This document shows, in pieces, positions 50,394 through 64,000 of a stretch of DNA of 64,000 nucleotides. Numbering within the stretch: position 1 is the first letter of the stretch; each line of letters opens with the position of its first letter. The DNA lies in contig OZ024762.1 in the NCBI GenBank assembly GCA_964016885.1, forward strand, positions 2,666,001 through 2,730,000. The letters run 5' to 3'. Source of the DNA: Eledone cirrhosa (Eukaryota). Both the position numbers and the translations under genes were made by a program. Below the pieces are notes generated by a model. That model was not told the DNA's origin. It did no database searches and saw nothing but the letters and a program-made list of their open reading frames with translations.

Positions 50394-50704
50394 AGTCTGA
50401 AGTGGTTCCTGAGCAAGATATCTCTCACGTTTCATCTTCTCGTTTGAGCCAGGTGTAATAACTCACTTTATCAGGTGTCTCTATCTACCTCACTCTGTCA
50501 GGTACAGGTACACCTTTCATCTTCTCGTTTGAGCCAGGTGTAACTCACTCAATCAATTGACTCCAATAATGACCACAAAAGGTGTTTCTTGACCTTTGTT
50601 ACCTGTCTAAGGTCCCTGAGCAGCAGGGAAACCCTGGTACTGACAATATATCTCAAAGTTGTAAGAATATATCTAATTAAGGTGTAAACTACACCTCCAT
50701 TTGT

Positions 50705-50980
50705 GGAGGTCTGTGGCCTAGAGGTAAGGGTTTTGGCCTTACAATCATAATGTTGTAGGTTTGATTCCTAGACTGTGTTGTGTTGTCTCTTGAGCAAAAC
50801 ACTTCATTTCACGTTGCTCCAGTATACTCACCTGAAAATAAGTACCAGCTACAGCTGAAGGGTTAACCTTGCAATGGACTGGCGTCCTGTCCAGGGGGAT
50901 CTTGTACTCTCAGTTGCTTCATGCACAGGAACTGAGAAAAGCACTGGCCTGATAAGCCCTCTCAACTCATGACATACTTC
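50705..50980 (+). mobile_element. SINE family A-related copy
   Basis: GTGGCCTAGAGG head, GGTTTGATTCC B box, TTGAGCAAAACACTTCATTTCACGTTGCTCCAG core. Confidence 0.75.
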
Positions 50981-51415
50981 ACACTTTACACCTCCATTTA
51001 AAGGTGTGAACATACTTCTAATTAAAAGGTAAATTAACCTTTAATAACTGTGTAAATATATCTCTAGGGTGAAAATATATGTGGTGGTGGTGGTTGTGGT
51101 GGTGGTGGTTGTGGTGGTTGTTGTGGTGGTGGTGGTGGTTGTGGTGGTGGTTGTGGTGGTGGTGGTGGTGGTGGTTGTGGTTGTGGTTGTGGTGGTGGTG
51201 GTGGTGGTGGTGGTGGTGGTTGTGGTGGTGGTGGTGGTGGTGGTTGTGGTGGTTGTGGTTGTGGTGGTGGTTGTGGTGGTGGTGGTGGTTGTGGTGGTGG
51301 TGGTGGTGGTGGTTGTGGTGGTTGTTGTTGTGGTGCTGGTAGTAGAGTGGTGAAAAGCAGGAAGGAAATTTGATTAGATTTGTTGTGGGGGTGGTGTGGG
51401 AGTGTGTGTGCATAA

Positions 51416-51459
<44 letters not shown>

Positions 51460-53025
51460 GTGTGTGTGTGCATCAATATGTATATATATATGTATTATAT
51501 ATATATGTGTGTGTGTATGTAGTAGTGTAAGTTAGTATCTGGTGTATAAACACTCCTGGAGATCTTTGGCTAGAGGTCTGTACTTTAGTTTGGTGAAGGG
51601 TTTGTTTGGATGGGAGTGGAGGGTTGGGGGAGGGAGCTCGGTGAGGTAACACTACCACCATCACCACCACTACTACCACCACCATCACCACCACTACTAC
51701 CACCACCATCACCATCACTACTACCACCACCATCACCATCACTACTACCACCACCATCACCATCACTACTACCACCCCCACAACCATCACCAGCACCACC
51801 ACCACTACTACCACCACCACCACCATCACCATCACCACCACCATCACTACTACCACCACCACACCACCATCACTACTACCACCACCACCACCACCACCAC
51901 CACCACCACACCACCACCACCACACACCCACCACCACACCACCACCACACCACCACCACCACCACCACCACCACCACCACCACAACCATAACCACCACCA
52001 CACACCACCACCACACCACCACCACCACCACCACCACACCACCACCACCACCACACACCACCACAACCACCACCACCACCATAACCACCACCATCATCAT
52101 AACCAGACATACAGCAATGATTATCAACAGCATCCTGTAATCTGTGTAACTTGATATATGTTTTACCCACAACCCACCCCTCACACACTCATCCCCCCCT
52201 TTCTCCCTCCTCCCCAGTATAGGGCTATAGTAGTGGTGGAGGTGGTGTCTGTGGCAGTGGTGGTGGTAGCAGTGGAGGTGGTGGTTGTGGTAGTGGTGGT
52301 GTGTGGTGGTGTCTGGTGGTGGTGGTGGTGGTGATGGTGGTGGTGTGTGTGTGGTGGTGGTGTCTGTGGTGGTGTTGGTGGTGGTGGTGGTGGTGTGTGT
52401 GTGGTGGTGGTGGTGTGGTGTGTGTGGTGATGGTGGTGGTGGGTGTGGTGTGGTGTGGTGTGGTGTGTGTGGTGGTGTGGTGGTGGTATCTGTGGTGGTG
52501 GTGTGGTGTGTGTGGTGGTGGTGGTGTGGTGTGTGTGTGTGTGTGGTGGTGGTGGTGGTGTGTCTGTGGTGTGGTATCTGGTGGTGGTGGTGTGGTGGTA
52601 TCTGTGGTGGTGGTGGTGTGTCTGTGGTGTGGTATCTGTGGTGGTGGTGGTGGTATCTGTGTCTGTGGTGGTGGTGGTGGTGTAACACAGTTCCATCAGA
52701 CAATCACAACTACAGTTCCTGTATTGTAAGTCTCGAGACTGGAATGAATCATCTGAGGTTTTCCTCTTCTAAACATCTATTTACAGCATAATAATAATAA
52801 TAATAATGGTTTCTGATTTAGGCACAAGGCAAGCAATTTGGGAGGAGGAGGGGGGGATTAAATCTGGTACTTTATTTTATCGACCCCCCCCCCCACCAAA
52901 AGGATGAAAGGCAAAACTTAATCTCAGTGGGATTTGAACTTATAACCTAAAGGGACGTAACTCTATGCTGCAAAGCATTTTGTGTGGCGCTCTACCGCTT
53001 CTGTTGCCAATAGATATAATACTAA

Positions 53026-53056
<31 letters not shown>

Positions 53057-53059
<3 letters not shown>

Positions 53060-53187
53060 TGGATCTAGCTGTCAAAATGGCCAGAGCTCAGCCGTCGGGG
53101 TCCTGACTCTTTTCCTATATAGATAGGGGGGCTCGATAAGGATAAATAATATCAGATATTATATCAACAAATTGAATATCCCTTGCT

Positions 53188-53242
<55 letters not shown>

Positions 53243-53360
53243 CAGGTATATATATAGATATGTAAGATTGAGGTATATGTGAGAGGTGCGACACACTCTA
53301 CTATTCCAAGTATTGAGTATTCTGCTGAATTATGATCTTACTAGTTTTAAACTGGTTAAA
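53057..53360 (+). mobile_element. Diverged, interrupted relative of family 1
   Basis: GAGCTCAGCCGTCGGGGTCCT..TTCCTAT (53084-53118) and CACTCTACT..AAGTATTGAGTA (~53294-53319) match family 1, separated by ~170 bp of other sequence and (TA)n. Confidence 0.6.
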
Positions 53361-53395
53361 TCTCTCTCTCTATATATCTATCTATCTATCTATCT

Positions 53396-55984
53396 CTCAA
53401 GAGGGCAGTTAGATTAGACTCGATAGTTTTTAGTAAAGAATTAGCGTTAGATAGAAATAGAACCGAGAAGGAACTGGTAGATAAAGTAGAAGAGGCAATT
53501 AGAAGTGGCAACGTAGCCAGCGTGCTAGCAACGAGAACGGCCTTGGACCAGTTCTTCGACGCAAAGCACGAGGGCTGCGTTGTCAGAAGCAAAATACGTG
53601 CTCTGGGAAACGAGGGAGCCAAAGCTGTTAGCTGGGCCCGAGTGACGGAGGCAAAAAGTGGCAACAAGTCCACGATTCGGTCTTTGAAGGACCAAAACGG
53701 ACGCGTGATACGTGAGCCGAAGCAGATGTGTGCGGCTTTTCAGCGGCACTTTGCTCGGCTGTTCGGGGGGAGCGGCGCGCCGGGAGAGGCTATGGATTTC
53801 GGTCCATACCTCGACGGCCTACCGCGACTCTCGGACAGCGAGGCGAAGTTCTGCGAAAAGCCGATTTCAGCCACTGAGATAGGGGACGCGCTGAGCCAAT
53901 GCGGCAAACGCAAATCTCCAGGTCTCGACGGTCTACCCTACGAATTTTACGTAGCAATGCCGGACTTATTCTCCGGTCTCCTGGAAGCGGTCTACTGCAA
54001 CTGGCAACAGAACGGGAGAATTCCCAGTTCTGTAACCGGGGGCGTGGTCACACTAATCAGGAAGGACGAGAATAAGGGGGATGACATAGGCAACTTCCGG
54101 CCCATAACTCTGCTAAACACAGAGTTACAGATTTTGGCCAAGGTGTTGGCAAAGAGGCTGGCGCTTGTCGTCGAGAACCTGGTGGGAGAAGCGCAGACAT
54201 GCGCGATCCCGACCAGGTCCATACACGACAACCTCCACCTCATGCGATACATCATAGAGAGGGTAGGGTGTAAACCCGGCTTCGGTGGGGCCCTGATCAA
54301 CTTGGATCAGTCTAAGGCTTTCGATAGGGTTGACCATCGTTACCTGGATGCGGTGCTCGAGGCGGCAGGCTTCGGACCCGTGTTCAGGGGCTGGATTGCT
54401 GCAATGCACAACAGCAACATCTGCTCAAGGGTCAAGGTGAACGGTTACCTCTCGGAGCCGTTCCATATTACGCGATCCATTCGACAGGGATGCCCTCTCT
54501 CCTCCCTTCTGTACGTACTGACTCTCGAGCCACTACTGCGGAAGCTGGAGCTATTGCAGGGCATCCCTCTGGAACCGGGACTGCGGAAAGCGGCGTCGGC
54601 CTAAGCCGACGACGTGACAGTAATGGTGTCGAGCGCCTCGCAAATCGAGGAAGTCGGCACCTTACTAAAGGAATACGAAAGTCTCACAGGAGCGAAGCTG
54701 AACCGGGACAAGTCCATCGGTTTGCAACTCGGATCGTGGAGAGGCAGACCGATGCCTTCCGATGGCGTCGTCGGACGCTGGACGGAAGGACCGGTAAAGC
54801 TGCTCGGGGTCTGGTTTGGTCCGGACCTCCAGGTGGAGAAGAACTGGAACGAAGTGACGGCCAAGGTGTTTGCACTCACCCAGAAGTGGGCCGAGTGCAA
54901 ACTATCCTTGAAAGGTCGAGCGGAGGTGGCGAACACTTTTATAGCGTCCGCCATCTACTACCGCTTGACCGTCGTGCCTTGTCCAGCCAAAACGCTCGCC
55001 AAAATGGAGCGCGCCCTCTTCCGATTCCTTTGGAAGAGGCGGGCTCCTTTGGTAAGAAGATCCATCTGCTGCCAACACCCTTCTAACGGAGGGCTGGGGA
55101 TGCCGTGGTTGACGATGCGCAAACACGCGCTCAGGCTGCGGCATCTCTACGTATTCCTCACCGGACAACCGGTGTGGGCCCCGTTCGTGAGGCGAGCCTT
55201 CCCACGACTCGTCTCGCTGACCGAGCTGCAGTCCTGGGTCAAGCAGAGACCGAGGAAAATGGGCGACTGGCACATCGAATGTGCTCAGGCGCTCACAGCC
55301 CTCTGGCAGGCGGACCCGGCGATCAGTGGAGACTCCACTTCGTCATTCTATAGAGGGTTGGTCCGCAGCAAGTGCGACGACGCGCTCGGTGAAACTCTGG
55401 GCGTGGAGGAAGATGAACTGGCCAGTCTGTTCGGTAGGACCTTCCGCCCGGGACCGATGGACAACTTCCAAAAGTCCCTGGCCTGGCAGTGCTACCGAGG
55501 AGCTCTACCAGTTCGAGACAAGCTCTACAGACATGGGCGCCCGGGAAGGGACCCTGCAAAAAAGATCTGTCCGAGGTGCGTGCGAGACGAAGAAACCGTC
55601 GCGCACGCATTCATACACTGCCCGGGCGTCACTGACCTGTGGGGCTATGTAGAACGACTATTGTCGCGGGTGGGACCAATCCAGTTGACCACCGAGTCCA
55701 TTGTCATGATCAAACCGCCACCCTCCTTCAAAAACGAAGGAGAGGCGGTTTTCCTTTGTGTGATAGCTATGGCGAAAGAGGTTGTATGGTGGACAAGGTT
55801 GAAAGGGCTGAGGTCAGACACCTTTCTCTCCGGCCAACAACTGATTCTTTTTTTCAAATACCACTTTGGAAGAAGAATCAGGATGGAGAGAGAGGTGCTG
55901 TACCCCAGCAAGTTTTATGAAAGGTGGGTGAAAGTGGCGAGAATGGCCCGAGTGAATGGGCCTTCTCTCTATATCAGCCTGTAG
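53396..55984 (+). pseudogene. LINE ORF2 (reverse transcriptase) interrupted by one nonsense codon
   Basis: Track ORFs 53522-54604 and 54614-55984 are in the same frame; GCC TAA GCC GAC GAC replaces AYADD. Confidence 0.9.
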
Positions 55985-56222
55985 GTTGAGGAAAAGGAGG
56001 AGGAGAGGAAAGGAGTACAAGCTCTTCGTACTCCTGGAGATGAGGGTTGCACATTTTTTTCGGGGGTCTGTGTTACCCATATAAACTGTCTCCCTCTATT
56101 GGGGAAAATCGACTAACTTTTAAATTGCATCTGTGATAACATTTTACACGTTTTTATTGTATGTAAACTTCCCCCTTTGTATTTGTCCCCTTCTTTTGTG
56201 CCCCTGTGGCTAATAAAGAAAT
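53396..56222 (+). mobile_element. 5'-truncated L1/Tx1-clade LINE: RT plus C-terminal CCHC zinc finger and 3' UTR
   Basis: KSPGLDGLP, NFRPITLLN, LINLDQSKAFDRVDH, SIRQGCPLS, A*ADD and CPRC..ETVAHAFIHC motifs. Frame open from ~53396 to 55984 except TAA at 54602. AATAAA near 56212; GC/CpG-rich; no APE endonuclease region. Confidence 0.93.
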
Positions 56223-56513
56223 ATATCTATCATCTTTGTGTTGTGTGAATGTATGTCGTATGTCTGTGTGTGTATGAGTGTCTGTGAGTGTCTGTGTATG
56301 AGTGTGTGTGTAGTACGTATACGTGTGTGTGTCTGTATATGAGTGTGTGTGTACGTGTGTGTGGCCCCTTCCAAGAAAATTTTTAGTCAAGTGTTACAAA
56401 GACAATATTGCTATATTCCAAAATAAATATTCCCACCACCACCACCACCACCACCACCACTACCTCCCCCACCACCACCACTACCTCCCCCCGACATACA
56501 CACTTATATATAC

Positions 56514-56546
<33 letters not shown>

Positions 56547-56673
56547 TCTTTATAAGAACCATCTTACCAGATTTAGGTTGTTTATTTTTCCTATAGCGTG
56601 TAACACACACACTGTCAGATGCACACACACACACACACATATACATGCACAGGTAAACACACACACTGTCAAA

Positions 56674-56707
<34 letters not shown>

Positions 56708-56735
56708 TGCACAGGTAAACACACACACTGTCAAA

Positions 56736-56771
<36 letters not shown>

Positions 56772-56832
56772 TGCACAGGTAAACATTCACACATATGCAG
56801 TCAGAGACACCAGGTTGGCACCAAATCCTTCA

Positions 56833-56873
<41 letters not shown>

Positions 56874-56888
56874 TATATATATGTGTGG

Positions 56889-56921
<33 letters not shown>

Positions 56922-56995
56922 GATATATATATATATAAGTATTATATATTTGTGTGGATATATATATATATATATATAAGTATATATATATGTGT

Positions 56996-57036
<41 letters not shown>

Positions 57037-57118
57037 GATATATATATATATATAAGTATTATATATATATGTGTGGAGATATATATATATATGTGTATAT
57101 ATATATATATATATATGT

Positions 57119-57173
<55 letters not shown>

Positions 57174-57191
57174 TATTATATATATATGTGT

Positions 57192-57239
<48 letters not shown>

Positions 57240-57296
57240 ACATATATATATATATATATATCTCCACACATATATATATAATACTTATATATATAT

Positions 57297-57331
<35 letters not shown>

Positions 57332-58708
57332 CCACCTTGTTGATAGCAACATCAAAGTAATTAAAGAATATATAAATATCCCCACCAAAGTAGCAGAAAC
57401 TGAGGTCAGTTTCTCACAGAAATCCACACATTTTGGGGGAGAAAACAGATTAATCTTCAGGAAGTCGAAATTTTAATAAATTATTATTATTATTATTATT
57501 ATTATTGGTGAGAGGTTGGCAATGTGCCTAGCAACATAACTTCAACTCACAGACGAGGCTATAGAAAATTGTGTACAGTGCTCAGGTGCACTACAACTCA
57601 TCAAAGGTGTATGTATAGTACATAGAATAATACACAAATGTCAGGAAAGTGAACAGTGTATGAGTCATGATATACACACACACACACAAACACACATGTA
57701 CATATACATCATCATCATCATCATCATTTAACGTCCATCTTCCATGCTAGCATGGGTTATATATATATATATAAATTGTGTACAATGCTCAGGTGCACTA
57801 CAACTCATCAAATGTGCATGTATAGTACATAAAATAATGTACAAATGTCAGGAAAGTGAACAGTGTATGAGTCATGACATTCATTCAGACACACACCACA
57901 CACAGACACAGGTGCGTGTGTGTGTATGGAGAAGGGGAATATCAGGTGTAGTGTCAGCGAATTTCAGGAAGTGCCAGTAGATATATTGGCAGGTAATATA
58001 CAGTAATTATGAGATATAATATGATTGTATTAAGCTAGTCTGTTAAGTTTGATGGATGTAACTAAAAGACTAAGTGTAAATATTTATAATAGCTACGCAG
58101 CCTCGTCTCTGGGTTTTGTTAGTTACTAGGTGAAGATGTCTGCAATATGTTAGCTCCCACAAAGGGTAGCCTTATAGTCTAAGGTAGATGTAATGGGGTG
58201 TTTTGATGCATAGAATCGGTAATATTACTGTAATTCTTTGTGGTTTTGTTTTTTATTTATTCAGAGATCAGATGGGCTTCTGCTACTGATAGGGTATTTT
58301 GGGGTATAGCTTGAATTTCAAGCCCCTTAAATGTAGTATCTATCTAATAGTCGACCCCATGAATTTAACCTTAAAAATTGGTCTAAAAAATTGTGACTTT
58401 TACATGAGTATGTACGGTATATATATATATATATATATACACACACTCGTATATATATTTATATATATAAATATAAATTTAGCGAGAATCGCATTTCGGC
58501 GGGTAGAAATTAGCGAAATGCAACTTCAATATTGTGCAGACAAGCGCTCCGTGCATATGAAGAGGATAGCAGAGCTATAAACATAGGTTAAAATGGTCAT
58601 ACACGCTGAGACGATGGTTTATATATATATATATATGCATGTGTATATATATATATATATATGCATGTGTGTATATATATATATATATATATGCATGTGT
58701 ATATATGC

Positions 58709-58756
<48 letters not shown>

Positions 58757-59720
58757 AGCACTGGTTACCTCCACCACACTTGAACTGATAATACCACCAC
58801 CACCAGTAACACCACCACCACCACCACCGCCACCACCACCATACCACCACCAACACCACCACCACCATACCACCACCACCACTACCATCACCACCACCAC
58901 CACCAGTAAGACCACCACCACCAGTAACACCACCACCACCACCACCACCACCATACCACCACCACCACCACCACCACCACCAGTAAGACCACCACCACCA
59001 GTAACACCACCACCACCACCATACCACCACCAACACCACCGCCACCACAACACTGAGTCAGTTTTATATATGTAGCCCTAAAGTAGTGTTGATGTCTGAT
59101 CTCTCAAGTGGAGGTTGTGTTGGCTGGTTGTCACCACCACCACCATCGCCACCACCACCACCACCACCACCACCACCATCATCACCACCACCATCGCCAC
59201 CACCACCATCATCACCATCATCACCATCACCACCATCACCATCACCATCATGCTGTTGATGGTATTGGTGTTGGTGGTGGTGGTGATGTTGGTGTTGTTG
59301 GTGTTGTTGATGGTGTTGGTGGTGATGTTGGTGGTGTTGGTGGTGTTGGTGGTGGTGGTTAACCACCACCACATGTTGAATAATCTGTAAAATCTGGTTT
59401 GTCACAATTTCACTAGAATGTCTGCAACACTCCATTACTACAACCATTCTATTTCTGAAGATGGGAATGTGAATCTCTTATTATATATTTAGGAATGCCA
59501 TTGTCTTCTTCCAGAACTTAAACGTCTAATAAGGGAAATATCAGGAATTCTTGTTCAAAAGAGATCAAATTTGAATACAAATGTGTTTTACATTTACCAT
59601 ATAACCTGTTTGAAAAGAAAATTGTTCCCTATTTATTCAAGTGTGGATATATATATATATATACATGTGTGTGTGTGTGTGTGTGTGTTTATATATAATA
59701 TATATATATATATAATATAT

Positions 59721-59768
<48 letters not shown>

Positions 59769-60394
59769 GCCCACAGATGAAAAGGAAGTTTATAATTGTG
59801 TAAAACTATGTTTATAGAATCTGACAGGAGTGTGAGATATAACCTGTGAGAATTAGCCTAGAAAATAACTATAAATAACACTACTACCACCACCACCACT
59901 GCTACTACTACTACCACCATTACCCCCTATAGTTCACCCCCTAACCACCATTATCACCACTACTAGTACCATCACCACCACCACCACCAACAACAACTGT
60001 AGCTCTACCATTATCACCACCATCAACTACAGCCCACCACCATCAACTACAGCCCTACCACCATCAACTACAGCCCTACCACCACCTTCAACTATAGCCC
60101 TACCACCCCCACCACCACCACCACTTTCAACTATAGCCCCCCCCCCCCCCCACCACCACCACCACCACCATTATCACAGGATGTTAAAAGTTAAAAAGAC
60201 TTTTGTGTTCAAGTTGAATATATTTTTTATTAAAGATTTTTTTCATATTTCTTCATTAATTCTCTATATTTTGTTTGAAACAGTAGTATTCCTTGATTCA
60301 TGTATCTGTTAGTGATTCAAGACTTTCACATCCTCATCTTCAGATTATCAATGATAATCAGTTGTTAGCTGTTGAGATACTGCATCCTAAGAAA

Positions 60395-60755
60395 GTTTGT
60401 GTGTGTATGGAGAAGGAATATCAGGTGCAGTGTTGGCAAATTTTGGGAAACATAGAGGTTTTGAAGGATGCCTTGTCCTGACAGCTGACAACTTAGGTAG
60501 GTAGTTTGTTCCATGCCTCAGAAACTCTGAGCATGAAAAAATGTTTCTGAAAGTCATGGGAGCTGTACTGATTTCTGACTTTGTAAGCATGTCCACAGGT
60601 GTTAGACATATGGAATTAAAAAAGCTGCTCAGGGTTGTTGGTTGGCAAGATGGTTAATAATCTTGTGGGTGTCTACCAAGTCAGTTGCCAGATGTCGGAG
60701 CTTTAATGTATCCATGCCCAGGGAAGCAAGACTTTCAGAGTATGGTAGATGCCTG
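60395..60755 (-). mobile_element. CR1/L2-type LINE 3' fragment
   Basis: LPYSE..LGMDTLKLRHLATDLVDTHKII..GHAYKV..KHFFMLRVSEAWNKLP on the minus strand. Confidence 0.78.
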
Positions 60756-60950
60756 AATATTAAACAACTGTAACTTCAAACACATGAACTACACACCATT
60801 ACTATCATTGTTATTCTGAAGATGAGGATGTGAAAGTCTGAAACACTGAGATTTATTGAATGATGATAATATATATAGCTGTAATGTAGCCTACAAACTC
60901 TCATCTTTGTTACTATATACATGTTTAATGTGTCTTTCTCTCTGTTGCAG

Positions 60951-61054
60951 GCCCTCAACTTTCCTCTGTACTGGAAAAGTATGTTGTTCCGATGTGCTGG
61001 AGGAGAGAAACTGGGTTATGTAACATTTTCAATGTTCTCTTCCATGTGGAGAAA
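60951..61054 (+). CDS. PPP2R3B: PP2A B'' subunit, coding exon 3 (absent from ORF track)
   Basis: Acceptor TCTCTCTGTTGCAG; translates ALNFPLYWKSMLFRCAGGEKLGYVTFSMFSSMWR(K), matching the family sequence ACGCPLYWKGPLFYGAGGERTGSVSVHKFVAMWRK. Donor AA|GTAAGT; 104 nt, phase 0/2. The gene continues beyond the window. Confidence 0.95.
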
Positions 61055-61832
61055 GTAAGTCTGATACAAACTTTGGGGATAATCCCCCCCCCCCCACTTT
61101 CCCTTCTCTTCTCATATGTATTTTTATGTTTATCTATTTATCTTTTGTTCTATTCACCGCTGGAACAAGATAGTGGTCATCTAAAACAACACAACGTAAC
61201 AAGGCTGTTTGCTTGCAAACGGATGAAATATTATTATTATTCGATATTAGGGTGGTGGATTAGCAGTAATTGGTCAAGCGTTGGTCAACATGCTTTATGG
61301 CTTAGAGTTACGGCCCTTTACGTTCTGGCTTAAAATCCTGCCAAGGTTAGCTTTGCCTTTCATCCTTACGGGGTTGATAAAATAAAGTACCAGTAATGCA
61401 CTGGGGTTGATTTAATCGACTTTCCCCTCTCCCCAAATTGCTTGCCTTGTGCCTATATTAGCATTTACATATCCAGCTATGTTGGAGCAAAAAACCAAAT
61501 TCTAATTATATATATTTATTACATATGTCTATGACTGTTAACACCTGGCTGTGTGGTGGTTAAGTTTGCTCCATAACCTCTTGGTTTCATTACAATATTT
61601 CTTATAAAGACACTGACAATGATTTTCAAAACACTTGGAAAATAATGGAGTTTCGAAGGATTTATTAATATAACTATCTTTCTAATTATTAAGATGGTGT
61701 ATGGAACATAACTTAATAGAGGTTCTTACATAAAATTATGATGAAAGGTTTTTTAGATAAATATAAACACTTTGAAATAAACAGTTTTGAATCATAGAAC
61801 CAAAGGTTGCTTTCAGCAGTTTGGTATCAAAT

Positions 61833-62045
61833 GGTTTAAGTGTTGGAAATTCTTTGATTGGTATTTTACTAAAATAGTATTGTAGTATAAAACCAGGGGT
61901 GACTTTAGGCAGTTTCATATTAGACGGTTTAAGTGTTGGAAATTCTTTGATTGGTATTTTACTAAAATAGTATTGTAGTATAAAACCAGGGGTGACTTTA
62001 GGCAGTTTCATATTAGACGGTTTAAGTGTTGGAAATTCTTTGATT
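61833..62045. repeat. 93-bp tandem duplication (~2.3 copies)
   Basis: GGTTTAAGTGTTGGAAATTCTTTGATT recurs at 93-bp spacing. Confidence 0.9.
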
Positions 62046-62943
62046 ACCATTTTGTGAAGATCTACTTTGTATGTTTTATAGTCTGTGGCCATTTTGTATT
62101 TAAGATTTCAGTGTTTGTTGGTCCAAATTGCTGGATCTCTGCCAAACACACAGACCTATTTATCTGTTACTGCAAAAATTAGTTTGGGTTAAAAATATAT
62201 ATGGCAGAAAAAATACAGAATATATAAAATATAAACAATAATAGCAAGAAACTAAAAATAATATTATTATTATTAGAATAGGTAGAGTGTCAGATATTAT
62301 GCTTTGTGGTATAGAGTTATGGCCCTTTTTGTTTTGAGTTCAAATCTCGTCGAGGTTAACTTTGCCTTTCATCCTTACGGGGTCGATAAGATAAAGAATC
62401 AGTCATGTACTGGGGTCAATTTAATCAACGTTCCCCTCCCCCAAAATTGCTGGCCTTGTGCCTCATCTAGAAACAATTATTATTATTATTATCATGAATT
62501 TGGTATCTCAGTCATTGATGTTATTTAACTAGAACACCAAGTCTGCTTTCCCTGCTAGCAGGGGCTGGACGGGTTTTCACAGACCAAGTCAGTACCGAAA
62601 CAGGGCTACTCACCTCTCAGGCTGGCCGAGGTGTCTGCATCTTGTGGTGGTGATGATGATTGTTGTGGTGATAGTGGTTGTTGGTGGTGATGGGGGTGGT
62701 GGTGAAGTTGGTGATGATGGTGGTAGTAATTGTTGTCGTGATGGTGGTGGTTGTGTTTGTTGTGATTGTGGTGGTGGTGAGGGTGGTGGTGGTTGTTTTT
62801 ACCTTCAGTTAAGAGATCTTGGCAACCAGTTAGAACTAGTTTGTAACTGTTTATATAATGTTTGGAAAAGAAGTCTCTAGGTGAAGATGTATGTATGTGT
62901 ATATATATATATATAATATGGCATGTGTGAAAATGTATATATG

Positions 62944-62974
<31 letters not shown>

Positions 62975-64000
62975 TGGCATGTGTGAAGATGTATTAAATA
63001 AATGTTGGTGGAAAAGAAAAATAAGAAAAAATATCAAACTATGCCAAGATAAGATCTTTATGCTCCTTGTTAACTCATAAAGTCTACGGTTAGCTATAGA
63101 CTCTGAGGTATTTAAGTTTTATAAGAGAGTTTTATTAATTGCAGTCTTGGTGCAGCAGTTGTATAGTTTATATACACTCAGGATGCATGAATGGCAGTGA
63201 GAAATAAATTTATTAAAAAGCAATATTTTGCAAGTTGTCAATTCTTTTACAAAGACATCATTGTAAAGACACTCACACCAACATTTATTTCCATCATGAA
63301 ATACAGAGTCGGCTTTGTTAGTTTCGCATTTAATGATCTGGTTCCCCTCATGAAATACAGAGCCGGCTTTGTTACTTTCGTATTTAATGATCTGACAGCA
63401 CAAAAAGATATCTGTCTGTTACTTATGTAGACTGCATATACCCTCCAAACTCTCACCTCTGACCCCTTCATAATAAAGTTCTTTAATATAGACATAAGCA
63501 GCCCTTGTAGTCAAGGGAGTTTGTTTAGGATCACATGCTTCTGAGTTTGATCAAACAGTATTTTAGTCAGAAACAGAGAAAGCTACAAAAAGTAAAAATT
63601 AAAAAAAGCAATTGAAAATGAGATAGGTATAGTCGTGGATATATGATAAGATCAGCTACCTTTTGTCCTGTGAAACAAACTACATATTTTATAAGGTTCC
63701 TATTTGAATTAAAATCTTCTAACATAAGTTTATATAAGAACCATATATTAAGTTACTATCTTAAGTAATGAATTAATAATTAATTTTAGTAAACATTTCA
63801 AAATTCCTCATTAGAAATATGATCTTGAAAATGTTAAAGGTTCCTATTTAAGTTAAAATTTTCTAAAATAAGTTTATATAAGAACCATATGTTAAGTTAC
63901 TATCTTAAGTAATGAATTAATAATTTTAGTAAAAGCAGCTCTGGTCTATGAAACAAAACTAAAATCTTCCAACATAAGTATATATAAGAACTGTATATTA

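Noticed and set aside
61055-64000. Next PP2A B'' exon (expected to resemble ..CHDDAAKF..)
   Set aside because: No matching peptide found, and the acceptor-like site near 62807 leads straight to a stop. The exon presumably lies beyond the window.

Overview
Animal genomic DNA, not prokaryotic: AT-rich and saturated with microsatellites. The repeat content (tRNA-derived SINEs; RTE, CR1, Dong/R4 and Tx1 LINEs) suggests a mollusc, probably an octopod, which is an inference. The window holds the 5' part of one + strand gene, a PP2A regulatory B'' subunit (PPP2R3A/PPP2R3B family). Its three clear coding exons (4540-4845, 34637-35317, 60951-61054) are separated by ~30 kb and ~26 kb introns. There is also a strong candidate alternative first exon (20130-20462) and two weaker ones, all in phase 0 with exon 2. 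Almost all other ORFs in the track are microsatellite artefacts. The most striking unexplained structure is a set of short (~200-280 bp) islands embedded in (TA)n tracts. They carry type I hammerhead-ribozyme motifs: three look intact and lie on the gene's sense strand (16341, 48263, 49130), and several are degenerate. Many also form long fold-back palindromes followed by a ~70-100 nt unpaired tail, and in one family the fold-back axis coincides with the presumed ribozyme stem II. These look like Penelope-like/retrozyme-type non-autonomous retroelements from several unrelated families. Also present are a young Tx1/L1-type LINE whose only visible lesion is a stop at the Y of YADD, several MITE families, and many minisatellites amplified from transposon fragments. 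All structures were read by eye; no searches or folding programs were run.
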